Below, piece by piece: positions 53,104-64,000 of a DNA stretch of 64,000 nt. The notes beneath the pieces are model-generated. The model had not been told where the DNA came from. It made no database searches and saw only the letters and a program-made list of their open reading frames with translations. Positions within the stretch are counted from its first letter, which is position 1, and every line of letters begins with the position of its first letter. This DNA comes from Leucoraja ocellata (Eukaryota): contig JAWMAR010000471.1 of assembly GCA_036785375.1 (NCBI GenBank), forward strand, positions 992,001 to 1,056,000, written 5' to 3'. Made by a program: the position numbers and the translations under genes.

Positions 53104-56100
53104 GTAAGTACCCCTAAACCTCTCTTATCCACGGTTGTTCTTGGAAATATTCAGTTCCCTTTAATATTGGATCACGAGGCATCAATTGCTTTCCAATTGA
53201 AACATATTCTAGTGCCAGAAACTTGGACTAGATGTTACGGTACACGTGAGTCCAATGAGAGGATATGTCGGGCTCCCCGGGAGCACAACGTGAATCAGGT
53301 TGAAGAATAGCTACTTTCCCAAAACCATCAGGGTCGGTAACACCACACCGTGCTAACCATAGCTATGACATTCTATGCGGACACAAGTAAATGCGGACGC
53401 TGACATCGGATTCTGAAGTCTAGATTCCAAATTTCGGCTATCAATGTTCTCCTGAAATGCTGCCTGACCCGCGGAGTTATTCCTACCACCAAACCGCCGG
53501 CTTAATTCAAAACACTGCTCCAATTCACCCTCTTGGTCTACAAGTTACTGCAGCACTTTGTGTTCATAAACGTTTCATTATTGTCTCTGGTTATACAAAG
53601 GATTTGGGTTTTTTTGTTGCTCTGGGATTGTGGCCATTAATTGATTCACATCGTTTTTGTATTATTATGAGAGGAATGGGGTGATCGTGAATGCGGTATA
53701 ATTGGAAGAATAGATCGGGTAGATACGCAGAGTCTCTTGTGCAGAGTAGCTGAGTCGAGGACCGGCGGACGCAGGTTTAATGTGAAGGGGAAGATTTAAT
53801 AGGATTTCAGGGGTAACGTTTTCACACGGAGGGTGGTGGGTGAACAGAACAAGTTGCCAGAGTACATAGCTGAGGCTGGCACTATCCCCCTGTTTAAGTA
53901 TCAGTTAGCCAAGTACATGGACAGGACAGGTTTTTATGGATTTGGATCAAACGCGGGTAGGTGAAACAATATTGCTGTGACATGTTTGCCGGTGTGCAAC
54001 ATGAACCGAAGAGCCTGTTTCCGCTTTATATCGCTCCATGACTCTACGACTCGGTTATCTGATAAAGCATATTGCATTTCTAGGCCTGTGTGCATCTACA
54101 AGTAAGAATGTCACTGTTCCGTTGTCGGAACAGAATAGATTTAATCACCCTGTAATCGTTACCTTTGATTCTAACGGGCAATGACTGTTGGCCTTAACAG
54201 TTATGTCCACATCCAAAACAAAGACAAAGACCATGAGGCATAGAAGCAGAGTTAGGCCATTGGCCGGTCGTGGAATTGAAATCCGCCTTTGCAAGTGAAA
54301 ACGAAAAGTGCGCGGGTGAAGACTGCGATATGTAGCAAGGGTCAATTCAGGGGGAAAGTATCCGAGTTTGGAGCGTGAGGACGAAATGCCGATGTCAATG
54401 CTGCTCAAATCTCAATCAGAGTGATCAGATAGAGCAGAACCTATCCTTCTCAAGTCCAGCGTGTGTAGGCTTGGAGTTAGCAAACGCTTCTTATTCGTGA
54501 CCGAATGACCCCCCGAATAATTCGCATAATCCTCCGTTTGGTAATCTCCAAAGCCACCATATCCTTCCTCAGATACGGGACAAAACATTGCTCACGATAT
54601 TCCAAATGTGATCAAATCAGTGCCTAAAAAACATCTACCATTTACGTTAGATCCGTGCTTTTATATTCTGGTCATCTCGAAATTAATGCTAACATTTAAT
54701 TTGTCTCCCTGAACGACGATTCACACTGCAAATCCACATTTTGGAACTTCCGCACCTACATACACAAATCCCTTTGTACCTCCACGTCTGAATCCTCTCC
54801 CGTTTAGAAAATAGAAAAGCGCCGTTAATCCTTCCGCCAAAGTGCATGCCCGTATAGTGTGGTGTGTAGTATTCCATCTGTCACTTATTTGCCCCCCCCC
54901 CTCCCCCTTCCAACCTGTTCAAGGAATTTTTCAGACTCCATGCTTACTCTACACAACCTGCCCCATCATCTATGTTTGGCATCGTCTGCGATATCAGCCG
55001 CAAAAGCCATTAATTCCATGATCCAGATCGTAAACATACAACGGGGAAAGTAGTGTGCCCACCATTGACCCATTAGTCAAAGGCAGCAAGCGGAAAAGAT
55101 CATATTTTGCCCTGCAACGGAAGCCTATTCTCTGTCCAGGCTGAAACCTCATCTCTAACACCAATACTCCAATTTTAATTATCCGCTTCGCGTCCGGCAC
55201 CAAGAAAACTGCATTTCTGACTTTCCTTTGTGTACCCTGCTTGTTACTTTCATAAACAATTTAAACAGATTTGTGGGGCAACAACCCCCCCCCCCCCCCC
55301 CCCCCCCCCCGCCCCTTGACTAGTTCTCACTGACTTCGTAGATTTTATCTTGTGCTTCCAGATAGCACTGACCCACATTTTAAATAATCGTTTCAAAAAT
55401 ATTACCAACTATTCAAGTCATGCTAACCGCCTTATCATTACAACTGGCTTATGAATGTATCCCATAAAATCTATGGGATTGATCCACGCCGCTGTGAGCG
55501 AAAGCCTGGGAAACAATCTATTTCTTACTCCAGGAAACAGAGGGAGGTTGGCGGGAGAGTAGATGGGCTGTGAGTGAAGCTGAACCCTCTGAAAACATTC
55601 CACTAACTGAAATCAAACGGCAGCTGGCAGACCTGTTGAAACGGTTGGCTGGAGGCGGAAATATGAACCGCAAGCAGCAAAAAGCGGACGACCAAGATTG
55701 AAAACCATAACTGTTCTTCAATTAAATGAAAGTAAAATGTAGAAGGACGTGGCCCAGTGAAGCAAAAAAACACAACTCTTGATACATAGAGGGCAAAGCA
55801 TTTATCCCGGGTTGTGTAAATTCCACTTAAAATATGACCTTCCAGTTGTTGAACACAGAAGGCTGTGGAGGCGAATTCAGGGGGAAAATAAGGCAGCGAT
55901 AGATAGATTTTGATTAGTCGAGGCGTCAGAGGTTTTGACATTGCGGAGAAGGCAGAAGATTGCGGTTCGGAGGGAGACATAGTTCAGCAATTATTGAATG
56001 GCTGGGTGGGCCTGATGGGCCGAATGGCCTAATTACACTACTATCACATGACCTTATGACCTTATGCCTTAAATGCCAACACACCGTTGTTGAACCTTGT

Positions 56101-56693
56101 CTATATCCAGGAAGGGATACACTTCAGTCAAGCTGTGGGGAGAATGACTAGTTCTATAGTTTTAACGCCAAGAACCAATTACAAAATGTTAGAGAACCGA
56201 CAAAGGTAATTTGTCTCATTCACCGGATCCCGACTCACTGAATCAGCTCCACTATTATTCCGTGCTCGCTTTGATTGTTCCCACAGCCTGGAATATTTCC
56301 AATTTCACTTTCATAATCAGAGTTTGACCTCGCGGATATTCGTCAGTGATGTTCTCCACGGTGGCACAACGGTAACGGTGGAGGTGCTGCCTAACAGCGC
56401 GTTTAGCACTAGAGACCCGAGTCCGATCCAGACTCCGGGTGTTGTTGGTACGGAGTTTGTATGTTCTCCACATAATCTGTGTGGGTTTCTACGAGATCTA
56501 GGGTTTCTTCCCACACTCCAAATACGGACAGTTTTGAAGGGTTATTGGCGCTCTATAAATGTAAATATTCCATCGTGTGTGTAGGATAGTGTTAATGTTC
56601 GGGATTGCAGGGTGGCGCGGACTTGGTGGGCCAGAGGGCCCTTTTCCGCGCTGTGTCCCTAAACTGAACTAAACTGAACTAAACTGAACTAAT

Positions 56694-56893
56694 NNNNNNN
56701 NNNNNNNNNNNNNNNNNNNNNNNNNNNNNNNNNNNNNNNNNNNNNNNNNNNNNNNNNNNNNNNNNNNNNNNNNNNNNNNNNNNNNNNNNNNNNNNNNNNN
56801 NNNNNNNNNNNNNNNNNNNNNNNNNNNNNNNNNNNNNNNNNNNNNNNNNNNNNNNNNNNNNNNNNNNNNNNNNNNNNNNNNNNNNNNNNNNNN
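56694..56893. other. Assembly gap (200 N)
   Basis: Run of N. Confidence 1.
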
Positions 56894-57189
56894 TATCGGG
56901 CCTTCAGTAAGTTTTATGCAAGAGGCGCATGCTGTTGTCAGTGATTAAACCACCTATCTCATGGAATGGGAAGAGCCACCCAGCCAGAGATCCTGAAGGT
57001 GCAGGAAATTATGTCAGGCCGTTTGCTCTATCTGTCCGTGAGCGTGGCTGACATGCCGTTACATTTAATTAACGACTCCGCCATAAGCAGCGACACGACG
57101 CAGGCGTGCCTACTTCAGGAGGTGACAGCTCTGCTGAACACTTTATAATGCTGATGTTCTACCATTCTTCTACCATTCATCTACCCTGC

Positions 57190-57780
57190 AGAAGTATAGG
57201 GTCTTGGTTAGACCACACCTGGAGTATTGCGTACAGTTTTGGTCTCCTAATCTGAGGAAGGACCTTCTTGCCTATAGAGGGAGTGCAGAGAAGGTTCACC
57301 AGACTGATTCCTGGGATGGCAGGACTTTAAAATGAAGAAAGACTGGATAGACTCGGCTTGTACTCGCTAGAATTTAGAAGATTGAGAGGGATCTTATAGA
57401 AACTTACAAAATTCTTAAGGGGTTGGACAGGCTAGATGCAGGAAGATTTCTCCCGATGTTCGGTAAGTCCAAGACAAGGGGTCACAGCTTAAGGATAAGG
57501 GGAAATCCTTTAAAACCGAGATGAGAAGAACTTTTTTCACACAGAGAGTGGTGAATCTCTGGAACTCTCTGCCACAGAGGGTAGTCGAGGCCAGTTCATT
57601 GGCTATATTTAAGAGGGAGTTAGATGTGGCCCTTGTGGCTAAGGGGATCAGAGGGTATGGAGAGAAGGTAGGTAATGGATACCGAGTTGGATGATCAGCC
57701 ATGATCATATTGAATGGCGGTGCAGGCTCGAAGGGCCGAATGGCCTACTCCTGCACCTAATTTATATGTGTCTATGTTTC
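57190..57780 (+). mobile_element. CR1/HER1 3' fragment
   Basis: RPHLEYCVQFWSP to 3' tail. Confidence 0.8.
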
Positions 57781-57939
57781 TAAGCTTAGCACAGAACGAA
57801 AACAACGCCATGAATTCCTGCCATTGTAAATCATTCCCCTTCGGCAAACACCATTTCCAATCAGCACAGGCAGAATGGTCGGAAATTGTATTTCAATAAA
57901 ATGCAGCCCTCAACATAGAACAAGCAATCACATGGAACG

Positions 57940-58160
57940 TTCGAAGGTAGACAGACATGCTGGAGAAACTCAGCAGGTGAGGCTGCATCTATGGAGCGAA
58001 GGGGTCCTGCCCCCCACCCCAACATCAGTCTGAAGAAGGGTCTCAACCCGAAACGTAACCTGTTCCTTCGCTCTATAGTTGATGCCTCACCCGCTGAGTT
58101 TCTCCAGCATTTTTGTCAACCTTCGATTTATCCAGCATTTGCAGTTCTTTCTTAAACAGA
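57940..58160 (+). mobile_element. Penelope-type short repeat with inverted arms around a hammerhead-like core
   Basis: GCTGGAGAAACTCAGC..TCTATGGAGCGAAGG is inverted with CCTTCGCTCTATAG..GCTGAGTTTCTCCAGC; core CTGAAGA-GGGT/ACCC-GAAAC at 58030. Confidence 0.55.
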
Positions 58161-58786
58161 TGGAACCTGTCCAGTTTGTAAACTACGGCGGGAAATTTAG
58201 GTACAAACTATTTGGCCCACTGTTTTTTTGTTCCCAGTTACAATTCCCTGATCATTAATTGGATGTCCGTTGCCACTAAGTGCAGAAACATTTATTGGGT
58301 TTATGGAACGTGCAGCTATAAGAGGTGGTGGAGAAAGGAACAGAAGATGCTGGTTTACACCGGAGAATGGCACAAACTGCCGGAGTGACTCGGCGGGTAA
58401 AAGTGTCTTCGGTGGAGAAAAAGGATGGATGATGTTTCTGGTCGGGACCCTTCTTCCGCCAGAAAGTAGAGCGGAGGGCACCGGATGTCGGAAGCCCAGC
58501 TGCTCCATTCTCTCAGCATCCGACAGTCCCGCCATCTATGGAGCGAAGGAATAGATTGATGGAGAAACTCAGCGGGCGAGGTAGCATCGATGGAGCAAAG
58601 GAACACCTATTTCTTCGCTCCATCGATGCTGCCTCACCCGCTGAGTTTCTCCAGCATTTTGTCTACCTTCCATTGTTCCAGCAGCTGCAGAACTTTCTTA
58701 AACTAATGTTTAAACTAAATGTTTGTATTTTCACAAACATCCGATAATCAAACCACTCACGTGTTGTAGTGATATTATTTTAATGA

Positions 58787-61293
58787 TCACTTTACCAATT
58801 GCCCTATATTTTTATCGCAACGGAATGGGTATGTTAGCACACGGACCAACTCATCTCTGAACTTGCGCTGTGTCACGGTGTAAATGGCCGTGTTGGTGCA
58901 GGAGCTCAGGAGCTGAAACATAAATCCAACCTTTTCAAATTCGAACAGGGGGTTTGTCCAGGACCTGCGTAAGGGCAAATTAAAACATCGAAGCACAATA
59001 AAATGTGCGACACTTGTGGCCCAGAGCAGGATGAAGGAGCTCGAGATTGCCAGAAGTAAAACGACCGAGCGTCTGCGGTTCATCATCTCCTGGTCTTTCT
59101 TTTTCTCGCCACCGCTGAGATCTCGGAGGCTCCTGCGGACCCGACTGGCCACGGAAATACGTCTGACGGTGAGCGCGTTAAACAACAGAATCAGGCAGAA
59201 TGGAATCACCGGGGTGAACAACTGTTCGATCCAAGAGAACACCATCCATTCGGGAAGCATATAAAAAAAAACGTCTTTGCCGCAGCCCAGATTCAGTTCA
59301 GTTAGGGAATTAGAAACGTATGCGAATGGCAAAGGTGTATTCAGAAGGCAGACGAACGGGGTCACTGTCATAATAACAATCGACGCGGTTCTCTCGGTGC
59401 AATATTTGGCCTTCATATTCTTAGTAGAAATCGCAACAAAGCGATCAAATGTGAACGCGACTGTGAACCATACAGAACAATCCACCGTGACTGATGCCAG
59501 GTAGATTGTTATTTTGCACACAGGAGTGTAGGACAAGGAGGCATGCCACCAATAATTATCAGCAATCCGGTGACATATCACCTCACAGAAAATCACAGAG
59601 AGGTCCGCGGTCGCCATGGCTACCATGTAACGAGTGATGCACTTGGAGAGGCCGCACTTGCCACGGGACAGGAGCACAATCGCCATCAGATTCACTGGGA
59701 AAGAATGAAAACAGAAACGGATTAATTGTGTGGTGTATAGGTTGGGGGGGATGGGAGCAGACGGTGTAATTTAAACCTGTGTCTCCAGTGGTAGAGACTA
59801 TTTATTTAATTAATCAATATTTGGGACAGTCACCCGTCCAGCGTATGCCAGAACTATGTTCAATCAGATATTTATTAAATCCTGATTACCAACATTAGTG
59901 GCATTGCCATATGTAGAAAATAATTACATAAAGATGAAAAAATTGGTACAAGAGGCAATCCGATTTTTGAAATCAGGGATTTAGTCTGCAAATGAATAAA
60001 ATCCCGTTTACCAAAATTAGCGGGGTTGCCTTATGTAGTAATCTTCACATCATTATGCCAATCGCTTGATGTTGATGTAACATCCATCGTTGATGTAAAA
60101 TATACAATATTTTCAACCGGTCAGTGTCTCTGAAAAATGGAATTAACAATCTAAATTACCGTCTAATAAGTCAGAATAAAGAGGGGATCCTCCCAATATC
60201 AAATATGTGATTTAATTTTCCAACATGAAAGGATTTCAGGGAAGCGCAGCAAATAAAATTACAAACACCCTTCACAAACAAGGCTAACAACATAACGGGC
60301 AAGTATTTTCTGCCGAACAGCGGGCGGAGGGCGGACCTGTGTTCTGTCGCTGACAAGAAAGGTGCTGGAGTATCTCAGTGGCGGAAGCAATATATCTGGA
60401 GGACATAGATAGGCGACGTATCAACTCCGATCCCCTTCTTCAGACTCTGATCGGAACAATGATCCCAACCCGATACGTCGACAGCGTCGGTCCTCCAGAG
60501 ATGCTGCAAGACTGGCTGAGTTAACCAGTTATTTGGTTCCACTGCAAGATTTCTGCACTTGTAGTTTATTTTATCTGTACTGCGATTTTGTGGAACAGTT
60601 GTACGTACGACCTTCAAACCTGTCTCTGCGAAATTATCCTATGAGAATTTAAGAGCGATACAGAAATGCAGTGTCAAATTACTGGACCGGGGTGTATTTC
60701 TCGTTCTGCCGAGTGCAGTACGCACAGTGGAACAGAAACTGCCACTCACAGCGAGGACGAAGTTTCGCTTCACCGACCGGCATCGATTTCAGTTAAAAGC
60801 CGCGAAACTACATTCCTGCCAACGCCAATGAGCGGCATCCATCACATACACCATCGCGCTTCCTCGCTCCTAAGATGTACATTGCTTTGTTTATTTTAGT
60901 TTAGGAATACAGCGCGAAAACAGGGAAACAGCCAACGTAATCCGCGCCGACCGCGCACACTAACACGAGCCGACACACACCAGGACAATTTATTTTACTT
61001 TTATGGAGCGTGGGAGGTAACCGAAAATCTGGTGGAAAACCTAAAAGGTTACGGGGACAAGGTACAACTCCGCACAGACATCCGCTGTAAGACAGTTGGT
61101 CTAACGCTGCGCGCCGTGCAGCCTAACGCCTGCTAGTTATTCGGTATGTTCCTTAACCTTTAATATTCTGCGCGTTTAAAAACATTCTTTGTTAGTTCCA
61201 TGCGATGTACCGACAATTACCTACCAGGTATACGATTACTGCCAGAATCGGGTAATACACATTTTCTATATCCGCGATCTCCACATAATCCAT
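58787..61293 (-). CDS. GPR139-like GPCR copy E; exon 2 58787-59694 intact, exon 1 61225-61293 one nt short of phase
   Basis: 302-aa ORF. Exon 1 MDYVEIADIENVYYPILAVI lacks one base of GGT ATA CCT. An alternative donor 4 nt downstream restores phase. Confidence 0.7.
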
Positions 61294-61469
61294 TTTAATG
61301 CGACGGTCCAGGCGATCACTCCTTGTGCTGCCGCTCTGCGGTTGTCAGCGAAACCAACACACATCTGCATATTTATAATGTAGAGAAAGGGAAAAACAGG
61401 CAACTAGATTACATCCCTGTGACATTACTTACACACTTTTGAACAAACATCTACTGTTTTACTCAGATT

Positions 61470-63950
61470 CACCTTATTCTTAAACTGTGGCCCCTGGTTC
61501 TGGACTCCCCTAACTTCGGGAACATGACATGCCTTTTGCGTGTCCAAAGCTTTAATAATCTTATATGTTTCAATAAGATCCCCTCTGATTCTTCTGAATT
61601 ACAGATGATACAAACCCCAGCCGCCCCATTATCTCAGCATATGACAACCTAGATATTAACCACGTGAACCTACGCTGCATTCCCACAAGAGCAAGAATAT
61701 TGGACCGGCTAGATGCAGGAAAAATATTCCGGATATTGAGAGAGTCCAGAAACAGAGGTCCCAGTTTACGAATAAGTGGTCGGCCATTTAGAAACATAGG
61801 AACAATTTAGAAGATTGAGGGAGCGATCTTATTGAAACTTACAAAATTCTTAAGGGGTTGGACAGGCTAGATGCAGGAAGATTGTTCCCGATGTTGGGGA
61901 AGTCCAGATCATAGAAACATAGAAACATAGAAATTAGGTGCAGGAGTAGGCCATTCGGCCCTTCGAGCCTGCACCGCCATTCAATATGATCATGGCTGAT
62001 CATCCAACTCAGTATCCCGTACCTGCCTTCTCTCCATACCCCCTGATCCCCTTAGCCACAAGGGCCACATCTAACTCCCTCTTAAATATAGCCAATGAAC
62101 TGGCCTCAACTACCTTCTGTGGCAGAGAGTTCCAGAGATTCACCAATCTCTGTGTGAAAAAAAGTTCTTCTCATCTCGGTTTTAAAGGATTTCCCCTTTA
62201 TCCTTAAGCTGTGACCCCTTGTCCTGGACTTCCCTAACATCGGGAACAATCTTCCTCCATCTAGCCTGTCCAACCCCTTAAGAATTTTGTAAGTTTCTAT
62301 AAGATCCCCTCTCAATCTTCTAAATTCTAGAGAGTATAAACCAAGTCTATCCAGTCTTTCTTCATAAGACAGTCCTGGCATCCCAGGAATCAGTCTGGTG
62401 AACCGTCTCTGCATTCCCTCTATGGCAATAATGTCCTTCCTCAGATTTGGAGACCAAAACTGTACGCAATACTCCAGGTGTGGTCTCACCAAGACCCTGT
62501 ACAACTGCAGTAGAACCTCTCTGCTCCTATACTCAAATCCTTTTGCAATGAAAGCTAACATACCATTCGCTTTCTTTACTGCCTGCTGCACCTGCATGCC
62601 TACCTTCAATGACTGGTGTACCATGACACCCAGGTCTCGCTGCATCTCCCTCTTTTGATTGAGAGGGGATCTTATAGAAACTTACAAAATTCTTAAGGGG
62701 TTGGACAGGCTAGATGCAGGAAGATTGCTCCCGATGTTGGACAAGTCCAGGACAAGGGGTCACAGCTTAAGGATAAGGGGAACATCCTTGAAAACCGAGA
62801 TGAGAAGAACTTTTTTCACACAGAGAGTAGTGAACTCTGGAACTCTCTGCCATAGAGGGTAGTCGAGCCCAGTTCATTGGTTATATTTAAGAGGGAGTTA
62901 GATGTGGCCCTTGTGGCTAAGGGGATCAGAGGGTATGGAGAGAAGGCAGGTACGGGATACTGAGTTGGATGATCAGCCATGATCATATTGAATGGCGGTG
63001 CAGGCTCGAAGGGCCGTATGGCCTACTCCTGCACCTAATTTCTATGTTTGCCTCATTATTGTGTTTTGTATTGAATTCTGTCTTTACTTTGTGTACTAGT
63101 CATGTCTCTACTATTTATTTAATTCCCCTTACATGTTTTTCCTCTACCTGCTAAATTTTTGTAAGGTGTCCTTGGGACTCTTGAAAGGCGCCCATAAATA
63201 AAATGTATTATTATTATTATTATTATCCTTCGCAGTAAAGTTATTGGCCTTCCCTGTCTTATGAAGAAAGACTGGATAGACTTGGTATATACTCTCTAGA
63301 ATTTAGGAGTTTGAGAGGGGATCTTATAGAAACTTACAACATTCTTAAGGGGTTGGACAGGCTAGATGCAGGAAGATTGTTCCCGATGTTGGGGAAGTCC
63401 AGACAAGGGGTCACAGCTTAAGGATAAGGGGGAAATCCTTTAAAACCGAGATGAGATGAACTTTTGTCACCCAGAGAGTGATGAATCTCTGGAACTCTCT
63501 GCGGGTAGTTGAGGCCAGTTCATTGGCTATATTTAAGAGGGAGTTAGATATGGCCCTTGTGGCTAAGGGGATCAGGGGGCATGGAGAGAAGGCAGGTACT
63601 GGATACTGAGTTGGATGATCAGCCATGATCATATTGAATGGCGGTGCAGGCTCGAAGGGCCGAATGGCATACTCCTGCACCTAATTTCTATGTTTCTATA
63701 CTTGTTTCCGTTTCTGCAAGATCTCCGCTCATCCTTCTAAATTCCAGTGAATACAATCCAGGTCTTTCCAACCTTTCCCCATATAACAGTCCCGCCATAC
63801 CGGGGAGTAACCTGGTGAACCTTCGCTGTACTCCCTCCATAGCAAGGATGTCGTTCCCCAATTTAGGAGACCAAAACTGCACATCCAGATGTTGTCTCAC
63901 CAAGGCCCTGTACGACCGCAGAAGGACGTCTACTCGTATACTCAAACAGC
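61470..63950. mobile_element. Dense CR1/HER1 cluster with alternating orientations (minus ~61910-62655, plus ~62656-63048, plus ~63256-63700, minus ~63720-63950)
   Basis: 179-aa RT C-terminal ORF 62106-62645 and multiple tails. Confidence 0.85.
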
Positions 63951-64000
63951 CAGAAACAAACTTCAAACAATGCCAGAAATCTCGGGGTTATTATGGATTC

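Larger units (their letters stand above)
44536..56693. repeat. Segmental duplication unit D
   Basis: Colinear with C; ends at a gap just before the expected supporting V. Confidence 0.9.

Noticed and set aside
56894-57180. Unique sequence after the last gap with a 60-aa ORF
   Set aside because: No recognisable motif, splice structure or homology within the window
1776-63966. Numerous 60-180 aa ORFs ([10 protein letters not shown].., MIMADHPTQY.., N-spanning ORFs)
   Set aside because: Sense or antisense translations of CR1 fragments, or artefacts of gaps

Overview
Eukaryotic DNA from a cartilaginous fish (probably a skate or ray; inferred from the repeats and gene content). The window is a tandem array of four ~12-16 kb units (A ~2950-14432, B ~14633-31201, C ~31471-44364, D ~44536-56693) plus the start of a fifth. 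Each unit has a minus-strand two-exon GPR139/GPR142-like GPCR gene. Head-to-head with it is a plus-strand NAR-TCR-type cassette: leader, VNAR-like V with an extra FR1 Cys, RSSs and a NAR-type J. A leaderless supporting TCR-delta-like V with a CDR1 Cys and a 23-RSS follows (seen in B and C; predicted to fall in assembly gaps in A and D). Main observation: the cassettes appear partly pre-rearranged in the germline, in two reciprocal ways. A/B are VD-joined (12-RSS) with a free J (23-RSS). C/D have a free V (22-RSS) with a DJ-joined segment (degenerate 12-RSS). Both carry the same D core (CAGCG[G/T]GACTA, QRDY). The rest is CR1/HER1 LINE fragments, Rex1/Babar LINE insertions, tRNA-derived SINEs and Penelope-type repeats with hammerhead-like cores. 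No constant exons are present. All calls were made by eye, and repeat boundaries are approximate.
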